From Alphaproteobacteria bacterium (lineage in GTDB: Bacteria; Pseudomonadota; Alphaproteobacteria; MPNO01; UBA830), in NCBI GenBank assembly GCA_964291215.2, contig OZ219791.1, positions 2,048,001-2,112,000 of the forward strand: a stretch of DNA of 64,000 nucleotides, written 5' to 3'. The notes beneath the pieces are model-generated. The model had not been told where the DNA came from and ran no database searches. It was given only the letters and a program-made list of their open reading frames with translations. A program made the position numbers and the translations under genes. Every line of letters starts with the position of its first letter. Position 1 is the first letter of the stretch. This document shows positions 51,002 through 60,817 of the stretch, piece by piece.

Positions 51002-51602
51002 GGAGGGGCCGCCGGCTCCGATCTGTAGGCCCCGCCATGTTCACCTTGAGAAATATCGACTCGAAGACCCTCGCCGCCTTGGTCGTCTCCGCGTCGCGCT
51101 CCTACCGGACGCAGTCCTCGTCGAAACAAGACCCGCCTTCCGAAAGCACTGCCGTGGATGCGGACCGTCCGCGCCTAATGCACCGACAGCGGCCCGCCGG
51201 CGCGACTGCGTCGCTAGCGGGACGGAATGGGGTGACGGAGCCGCCTCCTACCTAGCCGCGAATATGTGGCCGAGCGCATGCGACGGGGCCAGAAGGTCCT
51301 CACGCGTGTGCCGGTCGAAGACCTCCAGGAAGGCTTGCAGGGCCTCGTCGAGAACCCGGCTCAACACGCAGAGCCCCGCGATCGGGCAGCCGAGGGCGGC
51401 CATGTCGTGCTCACCTTCAGCGGCGACATGATCTCGCTCTCCGCGCTCTCGGGCACCGACAATGGCGCGCATATAATCGACCTTGCCAACGCAATTAGGG
51501 CGCGTGAGTTTGGCATGGCGATGTTGGGATCGCTCGGCTGATCCCGTTTATGCGGCGCGCCTGGAGGCGTAGTCGGTGCAGTTGTTGTCGTTGGCCGGGG
51601 TA

Positions 51603-51880
51603 TCAGCATCGCTCATGAGGCCTGCCCATGCGCGGTCGAAGCGTCCGGATTTGATGAGGGCGCGTACGGTAAGGACGGCCTGCCCGCCGGCGATGCGCCA
51701 TCGCATGCCGGAGCGCTTCATCCTCTGTGTGACGAGGGTTTTGTTTGCGGCCTCGACGACGCCGGAACCGATGGCGATGCCCCGGTCGCTGAGGTGGCGG
51801 TATCACATGCGCTTGCGGTGCTTGCGGAAGAAGGCGAGTTCGCGCTCGATGGCGGCGCGCGCGGTGCGGTTCCGCCCTTT
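51603..51880 (-). pseudogene. ISKra4-family transposase C-terminal fragment
   Basis: FFRKHRKRM.YR...IGSGVVEAANKTLVTQRMKRSGMRW. Confidence 0.8.
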
Positions 51881-53184
51881 CAACCAACCATGATTAACTC
51901 GTCGTTCATGAGGCCTTATATAGTGGCCTATGAGAATTGGTTTTCGACATCTGTCCACGACGACGGTTGATTGGCTGAAGGCGGCGTCGGTTGCCGAGAG
52001 CAGCACGCCCTGGCGCAGGGATTGTGCGAGCGCGAGGACTGGCGCAACGCGAAGGGCGAGCTGTGTCTTGCCGCGTGCGGCCCTGCCTGATCTTGCCTCG
52101 GCGCTCGGCATCGTCCTTCCTGCACCAGGGCCTCATGGCCTCGACACCCTTGAGCGGGACTGTCCCGACAAGCCACTCGCATGTTCTCCGGAGGAGCTTG
52201 GAGAGGTCACCGTGGAGCCGGTCGGCGAGGACAGGCGCCTGGCGATGATGGCGACCTGGCATCCCGAGGGCGAGGCGCCCGGATGAGCTACCGGATCACC
52301 TCGTCGCGCTACGGCCGCCTCGGCGGCCTGGTGTTCCGTGCGGCCAATTGGCATCAGAAGGCGCGCGACGACTTCTGGTCCCGGGGAGCGCGTGACGTCC
52401 ACCTCGGCAAGGTCGTCAACAACGCTCGCTTGCTGATACTTCCGTCGGTGAATGTTCCGGAGCTGGCCTTCCACGTCCTGGCCTGCCGGCGGCTTGCTGC
52501 GGACTGAGAAGTGACGCCGGTTCTGGCCTGCGCCCATGTGAGCCCCGAAGACACCGGCACGAGCTACAGGGCGGCAGGCCGGGAGCGTTGTGAGAAGATG
52601 ACCTCGGGTCGACCTCCCGGGGCCACCGGCCAGGGCGCACCGTGTGGATGAAGCCCCTGGCTTGGCAAGACGTGTTGTGGCGGGAGCGTGTCATGGGCCA
52701 GGCCGCACCCCTTGTCGATGATGGCGACCGGGCGATGAGGGAGTACAGCCGCAGCAACCACGGTGACGTGCGCATCCGCGACCGCCTTGTCACCATGGGC
52801 GTGGAACGATCGTCCCGGAGAGATCCTGCCGATGATCTTCCCCGGCGAGGCGGAACAGAAGGCGGCCTGCCGCCTGTTGTCGAACCCCAAGGTGACGATG
52901 GACCATATCCTCGAGGGGCATCAGGAAGCGATGATAGAGCGCTGCCGTCCGCAGCGCCGGGTCCTTGCCATCCAGGACACGACGTTCCTGAATTGCAATG
53001 GCCTGGAGGCGGGTCTTGTCGACATCGGCGGCTCGGGTGCCCTTGGCATTGCGGCCCATGCCGGGGTCGCCTTCACCGAAGGCGGCTGTGCCCTCGGCCT
53101 GTTCCATCTCGACGCCGACTTCCGTCTCGATCCGGATCACGAGAAGGGCGAGGAGAACGACAAGGAGAGCCGGCGCTGGCCTTT
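51881..53184 (+). mobile_element. DUF4338-IS4 transposase fusion, 5' part, degenerate
   Basis: MRIGFRHL...VDWLK, WHQKARD, VVNNARLLILP, GDVRIRDRL, VLAIQDTTFLN. Confidence 0.8.
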
Positions 53185-54050
53185 CAACCTGACACTATTA
53201 AGTCCATTGATTTCTGCATATCGTGTTCCCGCATTTTTCTGTGATGCTCGACGAAGTAGAGGAGGAGTTGGTATCCCTGCCAGAGTTTCTCGGTTCCCGG
53301 CAGGGGTTGGCGTTTGCCGGGGATGAAGCCTGCCACGCGTGCGACCTTGATGGCGAAGACTTCGATGGTCGGTTCGGGATCGGGAGGTCCACGAGGTTGG
53401 TGCTGTTTAGCGATCTTGTAGTTGTTCAGGGCCGTGATCTCGTCGCGGTGGACGATGCGGCTGGCCGGCGTGCGAGACGCTCGACGGTCATGACGCGGCA
53501 TGCGGTGATCGCGTCGAAGGCCGGACACTTCCTCAGGTCGTCGGCCTGGCCGGTCCTCGATCCGTGTGCCGACCTTCAGGGCCTTGAAGTATTCTTCAAT
53601 CAGCCATCGCCTTTCGTGGAAGGAGACGGTGTCGAGGGCAGCGGTGACGTCGCCTTCGGTGGTGAGCAGCATCCAGTCGAGAGGATCTGCCGGTAGGTCG
53701 GGTTCCGTGACGTGTACGGCCATCGTGGAGAGCGGCGGCGTTCCCCGGGGCTTCCGGTCCGGCGGCGCAAGGTCGACCCTTGCCGTGCGGCCTTCGAGGC
53801 CCTTGCGCTCCTTGCGGCGGCGCGGCCCTCCGCAGGCTGCGATGTCGATCGGCCTGGTCGCGATGCACGGCTCATCGGCCATGTGGTCCCGAAGGTCCCG
53901 TTGCGCGCCCGTTGCGGTGACCACGCGGCGGCATGTCGAGCGCCTGACGCGCACCAGCAGACCAGCTCCGGGCCAGCAGGTCCCGGATGTCGCCTTCACG
54001 GATCATCAGCACTTTTGTCGAGGGACAGGCCAGTTCCACGGCCCTGTCGT
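53185..54050 (-). mobile_element. IS4-family transposase, 3' part
   Basis: LDWMLLTTE, RRWLIEEYFKALKVG, VARVAGF...PGTEKLWQG; end CAACCTGACACTATTAAG. Confidence 0.85.
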
Positions 54051-54059
54051 ACCCGCCAG

Positions 54060-54900
54060 CGCCGCGCGCAGAAGCGGGAAAGCGGGTTACAGGCGGCCGA
54101 GCGCATACGACAGATCAGCGTCTTGTCGTCAGGACCTGAGGGAGGAGCCGGATGCGAACAGCGCTCGTCCGGATCTGGTGTGCCAGGCGAACTGGCAGAA
54201 GGCAGGGGGTGGAAGTCCCCCGGAACAAAGGAGTAACCAAACCGCGTTTCTCCGCGAGCCGTGCGTCGGTTCCCGCGAGGGGGCAGGCGAAGCGTCGGTA
54301 GCGGGGCTGATGGGCACCGAAAAGACGATGATCCGGGGTGCCGAGGTTTTCGGATCGGTCGAAGGCAACATCGCAGGCATCGATTTGGTGAGATGCCGGC
54401 GCGCCTCGCGGTGTCAGAGAATCCGTCCGTACTTCTTCTGTCGGGACCCTGGGAGATCTTCAAGCTGTCCCGCCTGTCGGGACCGCGCAGGGAAAGGAGA
54501 AAGCCGAAGCCTGTGATGAACGGTTTGAAGAAGGGGCCCTGTGAAGGCGGCGAACAAGGGAGCTTCTGCAAAGTTGGCGGAGGAAAGGGCCTCGACCAAG
54601 GGGAATTCGGGACACCAAAGCACGCGCCGAACGCAGTGTCGGGTGCCACAGGCGGCGGACCGGATACGGAAAGCCGCAGAGGTTCGACTGGAAGCGACTG
54701 GAGCGCATGACCGAGATTCTTTGGCCGCGCGCAACAATCCGCCACCCATGGCCGGACCAGCGGTTTGCCGTCAAGCACCCGAGGTAGGAGCCGGATGGAC
54801 TGGCGTCCATGTCCGGATCTGTGCGGGGAGTGTGCAGTAATGCGCATTCCTACCGTAACGGCGGGGGGGGGGGGGGGGGAACCCGGTTCCCTACCGCGAT
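54060..54900 (+). mobile_element. group II intron A (3' part, ORF deleted), host of a nested intron
   Basis: IEP stubs QAAERIRQ and DQRLVVRT*; DV GAGCCGGATGCG...CGCTCGTCCGGATC (54145-54175); DVI resumes at 54860 and ends CCCTACCGCGAT. Confidence 0.8.
54178..54859 (+). mobile_element. group II intron B, ORF-less, 682 nt, class E-like
   Basis: 5' GTGTG; GGTGCCGA...GAAGGCAACA; GGGAAAGG; DV GAGCCGGATGGAC...TCCATGTCCGGATC; DVI ending CCTACCGTAAC; IEP stubs VPQAADRIRKAA and HPWPDQRFAVKHPR*. Confidence 0.88.
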
Positions 54901-55231
54901 AGAGGCGGTGCTTGCCGGCGACTTCAACCACAACGTGCGATGGGACAAGCCCGTCTGGGCCAGCAATTTCCGGGAAACGGTGGAGATCCTCGAAGGCCTG
55001 GGACTGGTCAGCGCCGATCATGCGGCGAACGGCGAAGAGTTCGGAAAGGAGAGTTCTTACACGTACTACCATGCCCCGCAGAACCGTGCGCCGTATCACA
55101 TCGACTACATCTTCGCGCCCCGTGCCTGGACGGAGGCGTGTTTCGGGCTCGATGTCGGCTCCCGCGAAGACTGGATCGATTCGGGCTGGAGCGGCCACGT
55201 GCCGATCGTGCTCGACATCACCGACGCCTGA
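54901..55231 (+). pseudogene. EEP-family nuclease/phosphatase C-terminal half
   Basis: VLAGDFNHN...WDKP, YHIDYIF, WSGHVP. Confidence 0.8.
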
Positions 55232-55311
55232 TCCGCGTCGGCGTTCGGCTCCTTCGGCCGCCGCAGCCGTGGATTGCAACAGTTCGGCGCCTGTGACAGA
55301 TTGGAACCGCC

Positions 55312-56364
55312 ATGCAGTTCGACCTCGAAGCGGATTTGGTCAAGGAGAAGGCGAAAGCTCTGGGCGCAGATCTGGTTGGCATAGTTGGCGCCGACACGCT
55401 GAACGAGTTTCCGCCCGATCCCAAGTGGCCTCAGACTCCGGAGCGAATTTCACCCTTCGCGCGGAGCGTTGTCGTGGTTGCAAAGAGGATTCCGATCGGC
55501 GCCTTCAGGGCGAAGACCAATGTCCCGGTCCAGTATATCGACATGCTTGTCCTGCGCGCCATGGACAGGGCTGCCTACCGGCTCTCGCGCTGGATGGAGG
55601 ATCAGGGGTTCCCCTCGTTCGTGACGGCTGCGCAGGAGACCGACTGGAGCTACAAGAAGGCGAGTTACGGCCGCCTCAGCACCAGGCATCTCGGAATCGA
55701 GGCCGGTCTCGGGACCTTCGGGCTTGAGGTCAACATCCTTACCCCTGAATTCGGCCCGCGTATCTATCTCACCGGCATTCTGACGGAGGCGCGCATCGCG
55801 GCTGACGAGCGTATTACCGAACAGGTCTGCATCGGCGAGTCCTGCAGCCGCTGCCTGTATTCCTGTCCGCCCGATGCAGTGCGCCATTTCGGGATTGACA
55901 AGCGGGGCTGCGCCACCGAGGCGCAGGAATTCGGGTTTTCGACGATCATGAAATTCTGGCAGCACTTCATTGGAGAGCCGCCGGAACGTCGCCGGGAACT
56001 CCTCCGGGACCGGGAGATATTCGGTTTCTGGCAGGGCCTGCTGCGCGTCGTCGGTTCCTTCGGCGACTGCCCGAGATGCCTAGCCGTGTGTCCCGTCGGC
56101 AACGACTATCATGCGCATCTCGCCGACATCCAGAAGCGGATTCCCGAAAAGACGCCGGAGAAGGTTGTCAAGGCCAAGGCCTTCAAGGAGGCGCGCAAGA
56201 GCGGAGATCCGGTCGACGGGCTGAACGACTGGAATGTGAGGTGGGTGGGGCCCGACGGGTACAAGGGAATTGTCGCCCGTCAGCTGCAGGCGTTCAAGCG
56301 AACGCAGCAGGAAAAGGAACACGAGGCTGAGCAGCGCCGGCAGCTCGAGACAACCGGAGAGTAG
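55312..56364 (+). CDS. QueG/reductive-dehalogenase-like 4Fe-4S protein 1
   Basis: AKALGADLVGI, STRHLGIEAGLGTFG, TPEFGPR, CIGESCSRCLYSCP, CPRCLAVCPVG. Confidence 0.8.
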   Translation: MQFDLEADLVKEKAKALGADLVGIVGADTLNEFPPDPKWPQTPERISPFARSVVVVAKRIPIGAFRAKTNVPVQYIDMLVLRAMDRAAYRLSRWMEDQGFPSFVTAAQETDWSYKKASYGRLSTRHLGIEAGLGTFGLEVNILTPEFGPRIYLTGILTEARIAADERITEQVCIGESCSRCLYSCPPDAVRHFGIDKRGCATEAQEFGFSTIMKFWQHFIGEPPERRRELLRDREIFGFWQGLLRVVGSFGDCPRCLAVCPVGNDYHAHLADIQKRIPEKTPEKVVKAKAFKEARKSGDPVDGLNDWNVRWVGPDGYKGIVARQLQAFKRTQQEKEHEAEQRRQLETTGE

Positions 56365-56370
56365 TTCGAC

Positions 56371-57369
56371 ATGGTAGCCGTATTCCGGGAACCGGTTTCT
56401 GCGGAAGAGATCAAGCAGCAGGCAAGGGACTTCGGCGCCGACCTTGTTGGCATTGCCGACGGGGCAGCACTGGATGACAACCCTGCGCCCGGGTTCGCCA
56501 ACCGGCCCTCGGACATCACCGAGCATGACAACGGGCGCATCATCGTCCTGGCCAAGCATTACGGGAGCGGAACGACGAGGATCGCCCGCTGGGACGAGCG
56601 CCACAAGTATTACAATGACGAGCTGACGCTGACGATGCTGGAAGAGGCGTCGCTCAATCTCGTCTACTGGCTTGAAGACAGGGGGTATCCGGCAATCATC
56701 GTTCCGCCTACCCACACCGACCCCTGGGCCTATCAGAACGATCCGGGCGAACATCTCACGACCCTGCTGTCGCTAAATCACGCCGCGGTCGAGGCCGGCC
56801 TCGGTTCCTTGGGCCTGAACCTGCAGCTTCTCACTCCCGAATTCGGTCCGAGGGTCATGCTTTCGGCAGTAATGTCCAGCATCGATTGTGAGGTCGACGG
56901 CATTGTTCCAGACAGGCTGTGCCGGGGTCCGGAATGCGGGCGCTGCCTCAGCGCCTGTCCGGGCGATGTCGTTGGCCATTGGGATCGCGACTGGCCGGCG
57001 TGCGACCGTTATCGCTCTCCTCACGGTTTCGCCCAGTTGACCGACCACCTTCAGAACATCTTCGACGAACCCGACTCGGGGCGCAAACTCGAACTACTCC
57101 GCTCCGAACATTCGTTCAACCTGTGGCAGAGCATATTGCGTGGCGCAGGCGTCATAACCGGTTGTCGCCGCTGTCAGGATGTGTGTCCGGTCGGCGAGGA
57201 CTACGCGCGTTTCCTGCAGGACGCTCTCGAAGAGATTCCGGAAGACACACCGGAAAAGGCGTTTCGTCTCGCAGCGATGTGCCGGGCCGAGGCTGCAGGC
57301 GACATGCCGCCCGCCCACGACGCCCAGCGCCGCTGGCTCGGCATCTCGGCCGGCGGATCGGCGGGATGA
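56371..57369 (+). CDS. QueG/reductive-dehalogenase-like 4Fe-4S protein 2
   Basis: ARDFGADLVGIAD, SLNHAAVEAGLG, TPEFGPR, CRGPECGRCLSACP, CRRCQDVCPVG. Confidence 0.8.
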   Translation: MVAVFREPVSAEEIKQQARDFGADLVGIADGAALDDNPAPGFANRPSDITEHDNGRIIVLAKHYGSGTTRIARWDERHKYYNDELTLTMLEEASLNLVYWLEDRGYPAIIVPPTHTDPWAYQNDPGEHLTTLLSLNHAAVEAGLGSLGLNLQLLTPEFGPRVMLSAVMSSIDCEVDGIVPDRLCRGPECGRCLSACPGDVVGHWDRDWPACDRYRSPHGFAQLTDHLQNIFDEPDSGRKLELLRSEHSFNLWQSILRGAGVITGCRRCQDVCPVGEDYARFLQDALEEIPEDTPEKAFRLAAMCRAEAAGDMPPAHDAQRRWLGISAGGSAG

Positions 57370-58676
57370 TTGCGGGCAGAGCCGAACTCCCTCTCGGGTT
57401 GCCGCGCTCGCACGGGGAGATCGAGGAGATCCAGAGGGCGCGGAAACCTGTCGCCTTCGAGAACGCCAGACGTTCCGTTTTCTGGAAGCACAGGCTCGAA
57501 GGAATCAATCCGGCCAAGCTCGACGATCCCGAAGAGTGGGCCAAGATCCCGATCCTCGACAAGGATCAGTTGCGCGGCCTGTCGACCGAGCGGTTCTACA
57601 GCGAGTTCTGCACCACGCCGCAGAACGAGATCTGCGAATACTGGCGTTCGGGCGGCAGCACAGGCAGACCCCTCTTCTATCCCAAGACATACGAGGATAT
57701 CCGCTACAACATGGTCGGGTTCACGCGTACGTTCGAGTGCAGCGGAACCGGTATGGGCAATCTCGCCCATATCTCATTTCCGCTTGGCATTCATCCGGCG
57801 GGCCACATGTGGGCGCGGGCCGCCCGCATCATGGGTATCGGGGTGGTCTGGGCTGGTTCCGGTGTCGCCTTGCCGTCGGCCACGCAGCTGGAGCTGATTC
57901 GCAGCATGAAACCGACCCTGTGGATGGGCATGTCGAGCTACGGCCTCCATCTCGCCAACCTTGCGGCCGCCGAAGGCGCCGGCCTCCAGGACAACTCGGT
58001 GGACCGAATAATGTGCACCGCGGAACCCGTCTCGGCGGCCAAGCGCGCCAAGCTGGAGCGGGACTGGGGCGCTGATGTCTTCGACTGCTTCGGGATGACC
58101 GAATGCAGCATGCTTGGGGCCGAGAGCGACAAGCGGGACGGTTTCCACGTCTGGACCGATCTGGCCCTGATCGAGATACTCGACGAGAAGACGCTGAAAC
58201 CGGTGGACGAAGGCAAACCCGGCCTTTTGGTGATGACGCCGCTGTTCAGCAACAATGGTGCCGCATTCCTGCGCTGGAATTCCGGTGACGTGGTGACATG
58301 GAAACGCGAAGGCGCAACCGGATCCGATTTCGCGGTCTTCCCCGTGATCCGCCATACCCATCGCACAGCCGGGTTCTTCAAGATCCGGGGGGTGAACATC
58401 AATCACCAGGAATTCGAGGATTTCCTGTTCGAGATCGAGGAAGTCAACGACTTCAAGGCCGAGCTTGTCACGGCAACTGAAGGAACCGACAGCTTTGCCC
58501 TGTCGGTCGAGATCCGGCCCGGCGTTGATCGCGAGGCCATAGCCGCAAGGGTCGCGCAACAGACCAAGGCGACTTTCGAGGTGACGCCGGAAATCAGCAT
58601 CCTGGCTCCAGGGGCGCTTGCGGCGGAATTCGAGAACAGCGTAAAGGCCCCGCGTTTCGCCGACCGGCGCAAATAG
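57366..58676 (+). CDS. phenylacetate-CoA ligase (PaaK) family protein
   Basis: IPILDKDQLR, RSGGSTGRP, CTAEP, FGMTE, KIRGVNI; ATG 57366 overlaps the upstream stop. Confidence 0.85.
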   Translation: MIAGRAELPLGLPRSHGEIEEIQRARKPVAFENARRSVFWKHRLEGINPAKLDDPEEWAKIPILDKDQLRGLSTERFYSEFCTTPQNEICEYWRSGGSTGRPLFYPKTYEDIRYNMVGFTRTFECSGTGMGNLAHISFPLGIHPAGHMWARAARIMGIGVVWAGSGVALPSATQLELIRSMKPTLWMGMSSYGLHLANLAAAEGAGLQDNSVDRIMCTAEPVSAAKRAKLERDWGADVFDCFGMTECSMLGAESDKRDGFHVWTDLALIEILDEKTLKPVDEGKPGLLVMTPLFSNNGAAFLRWNSGDVVTWKREGATGSDFAVFPVIRHTHRTAGFFKIRGVNINHQEFEDFLFEIEEVNDFKAELVTATEGTDSFALSVEIRPGVDREAIAARVAQQTKATFEVTPEISILAPGALAAEFENSVKAPRFADRRK

Positions 58677-58988
58677 CCGGGCTCCGCCGTCCCTCAATTC
58701 CCGACCGCAGCGGATGGCACTCAGTCGATAGACTCGAATTGCATTGAAAATAAACGGCTTTTTGTAGAATTGGTCGATGTGCAGCTTGCTGGAGAATCGG
58801 GACCGGCGCATGCTGCACCGCTCCGTTCCCGGCGTGGGCATGAAGGGAGAACCGTCTTCGACTGCGGTTCTCCCGGGGCCGGGCCACCGCGGTTCTTGGG
58901 AGTGCGCGTGGGCGGCTGCCAATAAATCCGAGGTGATTCGCTCAAAGTCGAAAAAAATCACCGCCAACGGTTATAATGGCTCCAATGG

Positions 58989-59004
58989 GCACTACATATA
59001 GTGT
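58989..59004. promoter_or_regulatory. NrdR-box-like palindrome
   Basis: GCACTACATATAGTGT matches 14/16 of acaCwAtATaTwGtgt; no nrd gene is adjacent. Confidence 0.35.
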
Positions 59005-59232
59005 TCAACGATCCTGCGTTTGTCCCTTGTCGCAGGGCCGTCACGCCGCAGAGGGGGTCCAATTGGTTGTCCCATCATGCCTCCCTGTACTCCTTTGCGT
59101 TTGGCGGAGCCGAAATAGCTAGCGTGGGCGTTGGCTCCGCCCTTTTCCTGCCCGGACGAGCTGTCTCTAGTAACAGCGTGTCGACAGTCGGGAGTTCTTC
59201 CTGACGCGGACAGAACTCGGTACGAATTCGCT

Positions 59233-59661
59233 TCAGATTCCAGCCTGCAGTCCGGCGGCCTCGATTCCGGCCACGGCTGCCGCCTCGTCGTTGTCCGAAG
59301 TGTCGCCGCTGATGCCAACGGCGCCGACCACCTCGTCCCCGTCCTTGATCAGGACGCCGCCGGGAACCGGCACAAGACGTCCGTTGGATGCGCCTACCAG
59401 CGCTACACCGAAATGCGGTCGCTCCAGGACCCGATCATTGAGGGCGCGGGAGGATATTCCCATGCCGACGGCGCCAAACGCCTTGCCGGTCGCAATCTGC
59501 GGCCGCAGCGCGGCCCCCGGCCCGTCTTCGCGGGCAAATGCCTTGAGGTTGCCACCGTCGTCGACGACAGCGACAGTTAGCGGCTTGAGGTCCATTTCCC
59601 TGCCCCTCACCAGCGCCTGCCTGACGATCGTGTCCGCCTGATCGAGCGTGAGTCCTGCCAT
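59233..59661 (-). CDS. GlcG/HbpS (PduO-C) heme/cobalamin-binding protein
   Basis: VAVVDDGG, IATGKA, PGGVLI, GAVGISG. Confidence 0.9.
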   Translation of the reverse strand: MAGLTLDQADTIVRQALVRGREMDLKPLTVAVVDDGGNLKAFAREDGPGAALRPQIATGKAFGAVGMGISSRALNDRVLERPHFGVALVGASNGRLVPVPGGVLIKDGDEVVGAVGISGDTSDNDEAAAVAGIEAAGLQAGI

Positions 59662-59953
59662 TTGTTCGTTTCCTGCTTTTAATCCTTGTCACAGCTTAGC
59701 GGGTTGTCGGTCCCGGTGAAAGGCGGCGCCCGGCACGATGTTCCACAGATGGTCCCGCCGCCCAGGAAGTGTCGGCCGCGCCGCATTGGCCGGCTTCTGG
59801 TAGCTCCGCGTGTCCCGCGCATGGGCAGCCATGCTGGCTCGAACCGGCAGCCCTCGCCGACCGGATCCAAACCCCGATTCACGGTTGCATGCTGCCCCTA
59901 AACGGAATATGTTGGCCCAACGATAGCTGACGCCTTTTCAAGGGAGATTATAC

Positions 59954-60694
59954 GTGGAATACCGGAACCCGAATGAGGTCTCGGGCGACTACAAGGAAAT
60001 GCTTGTCCGCCTGATGACCCGCCAGATCTACGCCGAGACGGCGACCGCCGAGGTCTTCGGACGGGCCATATCGTCGGCGCCGAACTGGCGCGAAAAGGAA
60101 CTGGCAGCCGAGTTTGCAGCCGAAGAGGCGCGCCACAGCCGCGGATTGTTCAATCTGTTGACCGATCTCGACGAAGATCCCGAGGCAATCATCGCAGGAC
60201 GTCCGGACGCCGGCGATTTCTGGGGCATTGATCTCGACAACTGGCTTGACATCGCGGTGTTCAATTTCACCGTGGACCGCGCCGGAAGCCATCAGATCAT
60301 GGAATACCGCGAGTCGAGCTATGTTCCTTGGGCCGACAGCCAGGAAGAGGTGCTGGCGGACGAGGAGGACCACTACGACAACGGCGTCGAGAACCTCAAG
60401 GAGTTCGCCAAGGACCCCGAAAAGCTGGCTGAATTCCAGGCGGTGTTTGATCGTGTGCTGCCGAACTGCATCAAGCGTGCCTTCGGCCGTCTCGAAGGGC
60501 CCGACAACGATTTCTGCCTTGAGCACGGCCTCAAGCGCAACAAGACCGAGGCCATCGTCAACCGGTATCTTGAGGAAATGCGCGGTCATATGGACGGAAC
60601 TGGTCTGACATTTCCGCCGCTGACAGCGTTCGACGCCATCAAGTGCGAGCTCGCCGACAGCACCCGGGACATCCTTCTGTCGCTGCAGCGCTGA
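59954..60694 (+). CDS. PaaA/PaaC-family ferritin-like di-iron protein
   Basis: AP..REK, EEARH, VDRAG, SSYVPWA, DEEDHY, GLKR motifs. Confidence 0.75.
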   Translation: MEYRNPNEVSGDYKEMLVRLMTRQIYAETATAEVFGRAISSAPNWREKELAAEFAAEEARHSRGLFNLLTDLDEDPEAIIAGRPDAGDFWGIDLDNWLDIAVFNFTVDRAGSHQIMEYRESSYVPWADSQEEVLADEEDHYDNGVENLKEFAKDPEKLAEFQAVFDRVLPNCIKRAFGRLEGPDNDFCLEHGLKRNKTEAIVNRYLEEMRGHMDGTGLTFPPLTAFDAIKCELADSTRDILLSLQR

Positions 60695-60817
60695 ATCCCG
60701 TTCCAATTCCCGTACGCATGCGCGGCAGGGCCGTCCGCATGTGTACGCGGTCTTTCCGACCGGCCATAGCCGCCGCGCCTGCTGCCCTTTCCGGAAAATC
60801 TCTACGGAGCACCGAAG

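Noticed and set aside
51037-51541. Frameshifted ORF remnants after the porin
   Set aside because: They look coding, but I cannot assign a family or reliable boundaries.
56919-57365. 585-aa version of the CoA ligase
   Set aside because: The extension overlaps the second QueG-like gene; ATG 57366 is the coupled start.
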